This document shows positions 46,669 to 56,122 of a DNA stretch of 64,000 nucleotides, in pieces. Within the stretch, counting starts at the first letter, position 1, and each line of letters starts with the position of its first letter. The translations under genes were made by a program, and so were the position numbers. Under the pieces are notes generated by a model. That model saw only the letters and a program-made list of their open reading frames with translations. It had not been told where the DNA came from and did no database searches. The DNA is from an uncultured Clostridium sp. (GTDB lineage Bacteria > Bacillota_I > Bacilli_A > RF39 > UBA660), in contig CAZOBH010000002.1 in the NCBI GenBank assembly GCA_964578175.1, positions 1,304 to 65,303 on the forward strand, written 5' to 3'.

Positions 46669-48306
46669 ATGGAAAACATATATGTTTTTGGACATAAGAA
46701 ACCAGATACTGACGCTATTTGTTCTGCTATTGCTATGGCACATTTTATTAATGAAACTAGAAATGTTAAAGCAATACCATGTTCATTAGGTGCACTTAAT
46801 AATGAAACTAAATTTGTATTAGAAAAGTTTAATACTCCTTTACCTAAGTATTTAAATGATGTAAAAGTACAAATAAAAGATTTATCATATTTTAAAAAGT
46901 TTTATGTAGATCAAAATGAATCAATTATGAGTGCATATAATAATATGAGTGCTAAATCTGTTGCTGGTATTCCAGTAGTTGACAAAGATAATCATCATAA
47001 ACTAGAAGGATTAGTTACTTTAAAAAATATTGCTAAAGAAATGATTGAGGGAGAAAGAAAAAAATTATATACTTCATATGAAAATATTCTTAAGACAATT
47101 GATGCAGAAGAAATATTAAAATTTGATAATGAGATTTCTGGTAATATATTAACAGTTACTTATAAGAGTACTACATTCTTAAATGATATTACTTTGGATA
47201 AAAATGATATTTTGATTATTGGTGATAGACATAGTATTTTAGAGTATGCAGTTAATTCTAAAGTTAAACTTATAATTTTAGTTGGTAATAGTACAATTAA
47301 AGATAAACATTTAGAAATAGCTCGTGAAAATAAAGTAAATATTATGAGAACTAAATACGGTAGTTTTGAAGTAAGTAATTTATTATTCTTAGCTAATTAT
47401 GTTAAATGTATAAACGAAGTTAATAATCCAGTTTGTATAAAAGATATAGATTATCGTACTGATTTTGTTGAATTAGCTAAAAAAGAAAAACATACCAATT
47501 ACCCAGTTATTAATTCTCGTGGTGAATGTCTTGGTATGCTTGAATATGCTAAAGCAGAGATACCTAATAGAAAGAAAGTAATATTAGTTGACCATAATGA
47601 AATAACGCAAAGTGTAGATGGATTAGAAGAGGCAGACATAATTGAAATAATTGACCATCATAAACTAGGAACTATTGCTACTAGTGCACCTATTAATTTT
47701 AGAAATATGGCTGTTGGTTGTACATGTACAATTATTTATCAAATATATAAAGAAAGAAATGTAGAAATACCTAAAGATATTGCTGGTCTTATGTTATCTG
47801 CAATACTTTCTGATACTATGATATTAAAAAGTCCAACTACTTCTAAATTAGATTTAGAAACAGTAGAAGAATTAAGTAAATTATTAAATATTGATCCTAA
47901 AGAATATGGACTTGAAATGTTTAAAGCAGGTTCTAGTCTTAAAGGTAAAACTATTAGTGAAATAATACATCAAGATTTTAAAGATTTTGTATTAGATGAT
48001 GTTAATATTGGAATAGGGCAAATATTTACTACTAATTTTGATGAAATATCAGATGATATATATAAATATATTGATGAACTTAATAATGATTCATTAGAAA
48101 ATGGATATGATATTATATGTTTATTTGTTACTGATATTATTAAGAATGGATCTTATATTTTATACAATAAAGGATCGTTTGATGTAGTTAGTGAAGCATT
48201 TAATAATCCTAATTTAAAAGAAGGAACATTCTTAAAAGGAATAGTATCTAGAAAGAAGCAAATGATTCTTTCAATAATAGAGACTTTAAAGAAAATAAAA
48301 GATTAA
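46669..48306 (+). CDS. ppaC: Family II (DHH/DHHA2) inorganic pyrophosphatase with a CBS-domain insertion
   Basis: VFGHKKPDTDAICSA, an inserted CBS/DRTGG-like region, then LVDHNE and IIDHHKLG, and the DHHA2 tail. Extended -10 element TGtTATAAT at 46638-46646. Confidence 0.87.
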   Translation: MENIYVFGHKKPDTDAICSAIAMAHFINETRNVKAIPCSLGALNNETKFVLEKFNTPLPKYLNDVKVQIKDLSYFKKFYVDQNESIMSAYNNMSAKSVAGIPVVDKDNHHKLEGLVTLKNIAKEMIEGERKKLYTSYENILKTIDAEEILKFDNEISGNILTVTYKSTTFLNDITLDKNDILIIGDRHSILEYAVNSKVKLIILVGNSTIKDKHLEIARENKVNIMRTKYGSFEVSNLLFLANYVKCINEVNNPVCIKDIDYRTDFVELAKKEKHTNYPVINSRGECLGMLEYAKAEIPNRKKVILVDHNEITQSVDGLEEADIIEIIDHHKLGTIATSAPINFRNMAVGCTCTIIYQIYKERNVEIPKDIAGLMLSAILSDTMILKSPTTSKLDLETVEELSKLLNIDPKEYGLEMFKAGSSLKGKTISEIIHQDFKDFVLDDVNIGIGQIFTTNFDEISDDIYKYIDELNNDSLENGYDIICLFVTDIIKNGSYILYNKGSFDVVSEAFNNPNLKEGTFLKGIVSRKKQMILSIIETLKKIKD

Positions 48307-48390
48307 TTTTTTAATCTTTTTTATTTATTTAAAAAAAATACTATGTTATAATCAAAAATAGATAGATAAGATAAAAGGGAGCGGGTTCGT

Positions 48391-49815
48391 ATGAATATGG
48401 TATTAAAATTTCCTGGTTTAGTACTTAAAAGAGCTGGACAAGGTTTTATATATTTAAAAAATTTAATATTTCCAAGTAGTAACGACGATACATATGATCC
48501 TAATAAATTATATGGTGATGATTTAAAAGCTGAATTAACTAAAGTTAAAGAACAAAGTAATCAATTTAAAAATAAAGTTGAAGTAAAAGAAGATATTGAA
48601 AAAAAGAAATTAAAATCTTTTAGATATACATGTATTAATGATGCTGGAGTTACAGTTAAAGGTATCTTTGATGCAGTAGACTTACAAGCTTGTCAAGTAT
48701 TCTTATCTAATGAAGGTTATGAAATAGTAGAAATTAAAGAACGTGGTAAAGGTGATATAGATATTAGTATTGGTGGAGGTAAGATAGGAGTAGGTGATTT
48801 ATCATTTGGTTTAGTTCAATTATCTACTTATATTAAAGCAGGTATTCCATTAATTGACTCTATGCGTATTTTATCTCGTCAAACTTCTAAAGCAGAGTTA
48901 AAAAGAATTTATGATAAAGTTATATATCAATTAGTATTAGGAGATCCTTTCTCAGTAGCTTTAGAGAAACAAGGTAAAGCATTTCCTAGTATCTTAATAA
49001 ACATGGTAAAAACAGCAGAAATGACAGGAGATTTAGCTGGTACATTAGATGAAATGGCAGATTATTTTACTAAGACTAATAATACTAGAAAAGAAATGAT
49101 GTCTGCATTAATTTATCCAGCTGTAATTTTAGTAGTAGTTATTGCAGTTTTAATATTCATGATGGTTTATATTGTTCCACAATTCGTTGGAATGTTTGAA
49201 TCTCAAGGTGCAGATTTGCCTGCTATTACTCAATTTGTAGTTAATATGAGTAACTTCTTAAAGAAATGGTGGTGGGCATTAATACTTGGAGTAGTAGTTG
49301 TTATATTCTCATTTGTTTGGTCTTATAAAAATATCAAAGAATTTAGAAGAACAATGCAAATTATATTTATGAAAACTCCTGTATTTGGAAATATAATTAT
49401 AAATTCACAAGTAGCAACAATTACACGTACCTTTTCATCTCTTTTAAATCATGGAGTATTTATTACTGATAGTATGGAAATACTTACTAATTTAACAGAC
49501 AATGAAATATATAAAGAGATTCTATCTAGAACATTAATTGGTTTATCTAAAGGATCTAAATTATCAGAGACTTTTAAAGGTGAATGGGCATTCCCAGTAG
49601 TAGCATATGAAATGTTAGTTACTGGTGAATCAACTGGACAACTTGCTTTAATGATGCAAAAAGTTGCAGAACATTATGAGATGTTACATCACAACTCAGT
49701 TACAGCGTTAAAGAGTTTGCTTGAACCGTTCATTATCGTTTTACTTGCAGGTGCAGTTGGATTTATCTTAATTTCAATTATGACACCAATGTTTGATATG
49801 TACGGACAAATTTAA
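48391..49815 (+). CDS. Type II secretion / type IV pilus platform protein (GspF/PilC/ComGB family) with an N-terminal extension of about 75 aa
   Basis: Two GspF repeats (LSTYIKAGIPLIDSM..., FSSLLNHGVFITDSM...) and 3 TM segments. The canonical start (F.Y.c.n..G....G...A) appears only at about residue 77. Confidence 0.85.
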   Translation: MNMVLKFPGLVLKRAGQGFIYLKNLIFPSSNDDTYDPNKLYGDDLKAELTKVKEQSNQFKNKVEVKEDIEKKKLKSFRYTCINDAGVTVKGIFDAVDLQACQVFLSNEGYEIVEIKERGKGDIDISIGGGKIGVGDLSFGLVQLSTYIKAGIPLIDSMRILSRQTSKAELKRIYDKVIYQLVLGDPFSVALEKQGKAFPSILINMVKTAEMTGDLAGTLDEMADYFTKTNNTRKEMMSALIYPAVILVVVIAVLIFMMVYIVPQFVGMFESQGADLPAITQFVVNMSNFLKKWWWALILGVVVVIFSFVWSYKNIKEFRRTMQIIFMKTPVFGNIIINSQVATITRTFSSLLNHGVFITDSMEILTNLTDNEIYKEILSRTLIGLSKGSKLSETFKGEWAFPVVAYEMLVTGESTGQLALMMQKVAEHYEMLHHNSVTALKSLLEPFIIVLLAGAVGFILISIMTPMFDMYGQI

Positions 49816-49828
49816 TAGGGGGATTTTA

Positions 49829-50593
49829 ATGGAGTTGAAAATATATATTACAATTGTATGTTTCTTCTTTGGACTTATATTTGGCTCATTTTATAATGTC
49901 GTGGGTTGGCGTATACCTAAAGGATTATCAATAGTAAAACCAGCCCATTCTTTTTGTCCAAAATGTAAACACAAATTAAAATGGTATGAATTAATACCGG
50001 TATTATCATATTTAATTCAAGGTGGTAAGTGTAGAGCGTGTCATGAAAAAATAGCTCCATTTTATACTATTATTGAATTAACTACTGGTATCTTATTTGC
50101 TTTAAGTTATTGGATGCTTGGTCCATCGTTTGAATTCTTATTAGCAATTCTTACAGTATCTATATTATCTATTGTTATAGTAAGTGATATTAACTTTTTA
50201 ATAATTCCAGATCAGGTAACATTAATATTTTCAATATTAGTTATTATGTTTAGATTTATTTGTTTAGGACCTGTAGATGCAGCTTATCATATGATGTATG
50301 GATTCATTGCATTCTTAATAATGTATTTATTAATGCTTATGGGTAATTTTGTCTTTAAGAGAGAATCTCTTGGTGGAGGAGATATAAAGCTTATGTTTTA
50401 CGTAGGATGCGCTATTGGTCCATGGATGGATATCTTTAGTATATTCTTATCAAGTTTTATAGCTTTACCTTTATCTATTATTCTTTATTTTAAAAATAAA
50501 AATAATGTAATAGCTTTTGGACCTTTTATATTATTAAGTTGTCTTATAATAATTTTATTCAAAATAGATATAAATATTTTATTTAATATATAA
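49829..50593 (+). CDS. Prepilin peptidase (A24 family, PilD/ComC type) with an N-terminal Cys4 methyltransferase-type zinc motif
   Basis: FCPKC.H.L.WYELIPV......GKCRAC, and the catalytic Asp regions (IIPD and GGGDIKLM). I prefer the start at 49829 (RBS aggggga). Confidence 0.88.
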   Translation: MELKIYITIVCFFFGLIFGSFYNVVGWRIPKGLSIVKPAHSFCPKCKHKLKWYELIPVLSYLIQGGKCRACHEKIAPFYTIIELTTGILFALSYWMLGPSFEFLLAILTVSILSIVIVSDINFLIIPDQVTLIFSILVIMFRFICLGPVDAAYHMMYGFIAFLIMYLLMLMGNFVFKRESLGGGDIKLMFYVGCAIGPWMDIFSIFLSSFIALPLSIILYFKNKNNVIAFGPFILLSCLIIILFKIDINILFNI

Positions 50594-50657
50594 ATTATAG
50601 TCATAATGATTATAATTTTTTTTAATATGTGATAATATAGACTTATGTGGTGATGGT

Positions 50658-51551
50658 ATGGATAAAGTTAATAAATACTTAGATAAAAATAATAATTTAA
50701 AACTACAACAAGAATATATTAAAGCTCTTAAAGATAAAGATTTTGTAAAAGTTGTAAACGAATTGGATTGTAAGGAAGAAGTTTTAATGAAATATACTTC
50801 TAGACTTGAAGAATGCGCTAATGAAAATAGAAATTGTGCAAACTGTAAGGGTTTAATTGAATGTAAGAATAAAATAATCGGATATATATTAAAAGCAAAG
50901 AAAAGTGATAGTACTTTATCTTTTGAATATAATGCTTGTAAATATACTAAAAAAGAAGAATATAAAGATAATATAACTTTATTTGATATACCAAGAGAAA
51001 TTAGAAATGCATCTATTAAAGATATTTATACTGATGATAAAAATAGATTAGAAATCATTAAAAAGATTAAAAGTTTTTATAAGAATTATTTTACTGATAA
51101 AAAAGATAAAGGAATATATTTATATGGAAGTTTTGGATGTGGTAAGACTTATATCTTATCTGCATTATTAAATGAATTTGCTAAAAAAGATGTAAGAAGT
51201 ATTATTGTTCATGTTCCTGAATTGCTTAGAGACTTAAAAGATTCATTTAATTCAGATTATCATGATAAATATATTGCACTTAAGACAACACCTATATTAT
51301 TACTTGATGATATTGGAGCAGAGTATTTAACCAAATGGACGAGAGACGAAATATTAGAACCTCTTCTTCAATATAGAATGAATGAGAATTTACCTACATT
51401 TTTTACTTCTAATTTAACTTTAGATGAATTAGAAAAACATTTTATTTTAGAGAATTCTAGTATTGATAAAATAAGCGCTAGAAGAATTATGGAAAGAATA
51501 AAAAAATTGGCTGACCCTGTAGCATTAATAAGTAAGAACATAAGGAGTTAG
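50658..51551 (+). CDS. dnaI: Primosomal helicase loader DnaI
   Basis: N-terminal Cys cluster (C.NC.G...C), AAA+ Walker A GSFGCGKTY, and Walker B LLLDDIGAE. Confidence 0.85.
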   Translation: MDKVNKYLDKNNNLKLQQEYIKALKDKDFVKVVNELDCKEEVLMKYTSRLEECANENRNCANCKGLIECKNKIIGYILKAKKSDSTLSFEYNACKYTKKEEYKDNITLFDIPREIRNASIKDIYTDDKNRLEIIKKIKSFYKNYFTDKKDKGIYLYGSFGCGKTYILSALLNEFAKKDVRSIIVHVPELLRDLKDSFNSDYHDKYIALKTTPILLLDDIGAEYLTKWTRDEILEPLLQYRMNENLPTFFTSNLTLDELEKHFILENSSIDKISARRIMERIKKLADPVALISKNIRS

Positions 51552-51554
51552 CAT

Positions 51555-53429
51555 ATGGATTATATAGAGGAAATAGAGAGAATATTGACAACAATTAGAC
51601 CTAGTAAACAAACAACAGAGTTGATTAGGGTTTTTAAAACAGCATTGAAAAAGTTTGATTACAATGGTTATTTTATAGGACTTAGTAATCTATTTTCTAC
51701 TATAATTGAACTTAGAGACAAGAGTAGTAATAAAGACAAAGCTAAAATTGATAAAGCTATAGCTCCATATATATCTATAGTAGATCATTATATTGAATCT
51801 AGACCTACTTTTATAAAGACGGATAATCCAAATTATATAGAACTTATAAATATTCAAAATAAGTTTATGGAAACAGGTTTAAAGCCTAAAAAACCATTAC
51901 ATAAAGTAGTCAGAAGTGAATGGCAACTATTATATATTTTATTTTTTGATGTTAAAAATAATTCTTTTATTAACTCTGTAATTAATGATAATTATGATTT
52001 AGTAAATGTTTATAGTCCTGAAGGAGAACCAATTATTTATCATGTAATTGATAAGTTTTTAGAAAGTATAGATAGTTATATTAATTCAACTAGTTCTAAA
52101 TGTATTAAGTATAATAATGATGTTTTATATTTAAGTGATTTAGTTTCAAAACTTTTATCAGCTGATTCTCAATTTGTATATAATGAAGAGATAGAAGAAC
52201 ATTGTCTTTTAATGATAAATAGATTTATTGAAGAAAAGAATTATACTAATGAAGAAGATGTAAAGTATATGGTTCATTGGTTAGACAAAATGGTATCTAT
52301 ATTAAATAAAGAAGATTTAGAAAGTGATTTAGATGAAGCATATACTGAAACTAAAACTGAAGTACCTACGATTATTGTAGGAACTCAAAAATATGACTTT
52401 AGCAGTTCTTATGAAGAGTTTGAAAAAAGAGAACATAGTGATGAATACATTATAAGTATAGATACTAGTGGAGCAAGAGTGTTAGATGATGGCCTTTCTA
52501 CTAAAAGATTAAGTAATGGTAATTATTTACTTGGTATTCATATTGCTGATCCTTTGGCATATATTGGTAATTGTAGAGAATTATTTGATCTTGCATATGA
52601 AAGAACTACCTCTGCTTATGCAAGAGGTATAGCTCCATTACATACATTTCCAGAAGAATTATATGAATTTGCATCATTAGATGAGGGAAAAGATAGACTT
52701 GCTTTTAGTTATTATTTAGAAATAACACCAGAGGGAACTATTATATTTGATCATTTTACTATAAAGAAAAGAGTTATAAATGTATCTAGAAATATTAGAT
52801 ATTCAGATATAGATGAAATAGATTTAGGAGATCAACCAAAACATGTACAAACAGTAAGTACATTGATTGATATTTATAATGCTTTAACTAATAGAGAAGA
52901 TACATCTGATAGAGTAATGACATCTCTTGGGGAAACATGTGATGGAACCTTAGGATCTAGTATTAATGCTCGTTGTATGATTTCTTTAGGTACAGTTATT
53001 GCTAGGTATATGAAAAGTATTGATGCACCATTTGTATATACTGCTAATGTTAGTGAGAAAAGATTTAAAGATAAAATTAAACAAAAAGTATCACTTGCTA
53101 ATTTAAATCAAAAAGAAGAAAGGAGTCTATACCATTCAATATTAAATGATAATTCTGGAAGTTTTTATACTGTTAATCCTGAACAAACGCATTTAGGATT
53201 AGGTGAAATAAATTATGCAAGGGTAACATCTCCATTAATAGAGTTTGTTAGTTGTCTTAATATGGAAGCTATTAATTTATTCTATTTCGATGGAATTAAA
53301 GATTGTTCATTTAGAGATTCTAAACTACATGAATATGGTGAAAGATGTAGATATATGAATCAAAAAGTTAAGGCATTAGAACACTTCTCGAGAAGAGTAA
53401 GTTCTATTCCAAGAAATGAACAAGAATAA
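51555..53429 (+). CDS. RNB (RNase II/R catalytic domain) family protein with a degenerate active site and an unknown N-terminal half
   Basis: Motif I-like ISIDTSGARVLDDGLS, then GIHIADPLAYI, RTTSAYARG, DRLAFSY and HLGLGEINYARVTSPLIEF. Starts 3 nt after the dnaI stop. Confidence 0.68.
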   Translation: MDYIEEIERILTTIRPSKQTTELIRVFKTALKKFDYNGYFIGLSNLFSTIIELRDKSSNKDKAKIDKAIAPYISIVDHYIESRPTFIKTDNPNYIELINIQNKFMETGLKPKKPLHKVVRSEWQLLYILFFDVKNNSFINSVINDNYDLVNVYSPEGEPIIYHVIDKFLESIDSYINSTSSKCIKYNNDVLYLSDLVSKLLSADSQFVYNEEIEEHCLLMINRFIEEKNYTNEEDVKYMVHWLDKMVSILNKEDLESDLDEAYTETKTEVPTIIVGTQKYDFSSSYEEFEKREHSDEYIISIDTSGARVLDDGLSTKRLSNGNYLLGIHIADPLAYIGNCRELFDLAYERTTSAYARGIAPLHTFPEELYEFASLDEGKDRLAFSYYLEITPEGTIIFDHFTIKKRVINVSRNIRYSDIDEIDLGDQPKHVQTVSTLIDIYNALTNREDTSDRVMTSLGETCDGTLGSSINARCMISLGTVIARYMKSIDAPFVYTANVSEKRFKDKIKQKVSLANLNQKEERSLYHSILNDNSGSFYTVNPEQTHLGLGEINYARVTSPLIEFVSCLNMEAINLFYFDGIKDCSFRDSKLHEYGERCRYMNQKVKALEHFSRRVSSIPRNEQE

Positions 53430-53475
53430 AAAACAATTGTAAAAATTAAAAAATGTGGTATTATATAAATATAAA

Positions 53476-53671
53476 AACGTTGATGAGAAACGAGATTTAT
53501 TAAAGTAACTATCAAAGAGAGTCTTGTTAGGTGAGAAAAGATATAGTCTTTATTAAATTACTATTCTCGGAGTTGGACCGTAATGGGATTCCCGGTAATG
53601 CCGTTAATTAATTAAGAACCAATAAGGATGGTACCGTGTTTAGACACTCCTAGATAACTAGGAGTTTTTTT
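53476..53671 (+). promoter_or_regulatory. T-box riboswitch leader (Thr specifier ACU) controlling thrS
   Basis: GA/K-turn gttgatgag, AG bulge aaagagag, distal loop ggtgaga, ACU followed by A at 53560-53563, T-box sequence aataaggatggtaccgtg (53621-53638), and the canonical terminator ctcctag-ataa-ctaggag-T7 (53647-53671) sharing its 5' arm with the antiterminator. Confidence 0.85.
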
Positions 53672-53688
53672 ATTGAAAGGAGATTATT

Positions 53689-55443
53689 ATGGAAAATATA
53701 AAAGAAAATGAAAAACTTAATGTTTTAAATCATTCTTGTGCTCATTTACTTGCTCAAGCTGTTAAACATCTATATCCTGAAGCTAAGTTTTGGGTAGGAC
53801 CTGTAATTGAAGATGGATTCTATTATGACATTGATTTAGGAGATAATGTTATTAAAGAAGAAGATTTACCAGCAATTGAAAAAGAAATGAAAAAATGTAG
53901 TAAAAGTGCTAAGAATATTATTAGAAGGGAACTTTCTAAAGAAGAAGCATTAGAAATGTTTAAAGATGATCCATATAAAATAGATTTAATTAGTAGAATG
54001 GATGAAGACGAAACAACTATTAGTTGTTATAGTCAAGGAGATTTTACTGATTTATGTCGTGGACCACATGTTGAAAATACTAAACTATTAAAGTATTTTA
54101 AATTAACTAAAGTTAGTGGTGCTTACTGGAAAGGTGACGCTAACAATAAAATGCTTCAAAGAATATATGGAGTATGTTTTGAGACTGAAGAAGATTTAAA
54201 TGATTATATAAAGGAACTAGAAGAAGCTAAAGAAAGAGATCATCGTAAGATAGGTAAGGATTTAAAAATATTTTTAATAAATGATTTAGTAGGAAAAGGT
54301 CTTCCTATGTACTTACCTAATGGATTTACATTATGGAATACTTTAGAAAATTATATTAGAGATAAAGAAATAAAAAGAGGATATTTACATGTTCAAACTC
54401 CACCTTTAGGTAATGTAGAACTTTATAAAACATCAGGTCATTTAGATCATTATAAAGATGCAATGTTTCCTATAATGAAAGTTGAAGATGAAGAATTTGT
54501 TCTTCGTCCTATGAACTGTCCTCATCATATGGTTATTTATGGAAATGATTTACATTCATATCGTGAATTACCTATAAGAATTGCCGAAATTGCTAGAGAT
54601 TGTAGATATGAAACTAGTGGTTCATTAAAAGGAGTAGAAAGAGTTAGAACTTTCTGTCAAAATGATTCTCATATATTCTGTACTCCTGATCAAATTGAAA
54701 GTGAATTTAAAGGAGTAGTTGATTTAATTCTTGAAGTATATAAAGAACTTAATATTAAAGATTTTAGATTTGAATTATCTTTAAGAGATCCAGATGATAA
54801 AGTTAAATATTATCAAGATGATGAAATGTGGGATAAAGCTGAATCTATGCTTAGACAAGTTTTAAATGATATTGGAATAGATTATGTAGAAAAAACAGGA
54901 GAAGCTGCATTCTATGGACCAAAACTTGATGTACAAGTTAAACCTGCAGTTGGAAACGAATATACTTTATCTACTTGTCAATTAGACTTTTGCTTACCAC
55001 AAAAATTTGATTTAACATATGTAGATCAAGATGGATCTAAAAAGACTCCAGTTGTACTACATAGAGCAGTTTTTGGATCAATTGATAGATTTATTGCATA
55101 TTACCTAGAAGAAACAAAAGGAGCATTACCATTATGGTTAAGTCCTGTACAAGTAAAAGTAATTCCAGTTAATTCTGAATATCAAGGTGAGTACGCTAAA
55201 GAAATAACTGATTTATTAAAAGAAAATGGTATTAGAGTAGAATTAGATAATAGAGAAGAAAAACTAGGATATAGATTAAGAGAAGCACAAATAAATAAAA
55301 TTCCATATATTTTAATTTTGGGTGATAAAGAAAAAGAAGATAGAACTATAAGTTATAGATTATATAAAGAGAAAGAGACTGAAACATTACCTATATCTGA
55401 GTTCATAGATCATATAAATAATGTTATCAATGAGAAAAAATAG
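53689..55443 (+). CDS. thrS: Threonine--tRNA ligase (no N-terminal TGS domain)
   Basis: Begins at the editing domain (HSCAHLLAQAV). Class II motifs (FRPMNCPHH, RVRTFCQNDSHIF, GPKLD) and an anticodon-binding C-terminus. 584 aa. Confidence 0.95.
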   Translation: MENIKENEKLNVLNHSCAHLLAQAVKHLYPEAKFWVGPVIEDGFYYDIDLGDNVIKEEDLPAIEKEMKKCSKSAKNIIRRELSKEEALEMFKDDPYKIDLISRMDEDETTISCYSQGDFTDLCRGPHVENTKLLKYFKLTKVSGAYWKGDANNKMLQRIYGVCFETEEDLNDYIKELEEAKERDHRKIGKDLKIFLINDLVGKGLPMYLPNGFTLWNTLENYIRDKEIKRGYLHVQTPPLGNVELYKTSGHLDHYKDAMFPIMKVEDEEFVLRPMNCPHHMVIYGNDLHSYRELPIRIAEIARDCRYETSGSLKGVERVRTFCQNDSHIFCTPDQIESEFKGVVDLILEVYKELNIKDFRFELSLRDPDDKVKYYQDDEMWDKAESMLRQVLNDIGIDYVEKTGEAAFYGPKLDVQVKPAVGNEYTLSTCQLDFCLPQKFDLTYVDQDGSKKTPVVLHRAVFGSIDRFIAYYLEETKGALPLWLSPVQVKVIPVNSEYQGEYAKEITDLLKENGIRVELDNREEKLGYRLREAQINKIPYILILGDKEKEDRTISYRLYKEKETETLPISEFIDHINNVINEKK

Positions 55444-55461
55444 ACTTAGGTCTATTTTTTT
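55441..55461 (+). terminator. thrS terminator
   Basis: Stem tagac / gtcta followed by T7. It overlaps the stop codon. Confidence 0.6.
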
Positions 55462-55544
55462 ATATAATTAAGTTAGAATAGATTGGTGCGATATATGGTT
55501 TATATGATCCTAGTGATTCATTAACATTAAAATAGTTATTTAAA

Positions 55545-55568
55545 AAGAATGAGAGATCATTCTTTTTT
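55545..55568 (+). terminator. Orphan intrinsic terminator in the thrS-mraZ spacer
   Basis: Stem aagaatga / tcattctt with loop gaga, followed by T6. No annotated ORF ends here. Confidence 0.5.
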
Positions 55569-55644
55569 ATTTTACATAGTTTACATATAAAAATAATTAA
55601 AAATATTGATTGCTTTTTTATCTAATAGTATTATAATAGTAGCA

Positions 55645-55668
55645 GTGGCAAAAAGTGGGGAAAAGTGG
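55645..55668 (+). promoter_or_regulatory. Three GTGG direct repeats at exact 10-bp phasing (putative MraZ operator)
   Basis: GTGGcaaaaa GTGGggaaaa GTGGtg starting at 55645, 55655 and 55665, just downstream of TATAAT (55632-55637). Confidence 0.6.
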
Positions 55669-55676
55669 TGATTAAT

Positions 55677-56120
55677 ATGTTGATAGGTGAATATCATCAT
55701 AACATCGACGAAAAAGGTAGACTCACATTACCAGCTAAGTTTCGCGAAGAGTTAGGTAATGAAGTCATTGTTACTCGAGGATTAGAAAGTTGTTTATTCC
55801 TTTATACGAAAGTAGAATGGGATAAAATAATGAAAAAACTTGAGAAACTACCTTTTACTAAAAAAGACGCCCGTAGCTTCATGCGATTTTTCTTATCAGG
55901 AGCTACTGCAACAGAATTTGACAAACAAGGACGTATAAATCTTGCTCAAACTCTTATTCAATATGCCGATTTAAAAAAAGAGTGTATTATTGTCGGGGTA
56001 GGAGATCGTCTTGAAATCTGGTCACTAGATAAATGGAATGATTTTTATTCTAGTAACAAAGATGAGATGTCAGATATCTGTGAAAATTTGTTTGATTCAA
56101 ACTGGGACAATGGTGATTAA
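55677..56120 (+). CDS. mraZ: Transcriptional regulator MraZ
   Basis: MLIGEYHHNIDEKGRLTLPAKFR plus a second DKQGRINL repeat. The ATG at 55677 is preferred over the GTG at 55665. Confidence 0.93.
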   Translation: MLIGEYHHNIDEKGRLTLPAKFREELGNEVIVTRGLESCLFLYTKVEWDKIMKKLEKLPFTKKDARSFMRFFLSGATATEFDKQGRINLAQTLIQYADLKKECIIVGVGDRLEIWSLDKWNDFYSSNKDEMSDICENLFDSNWDNGD

Positions 56121-56122
56121 CA

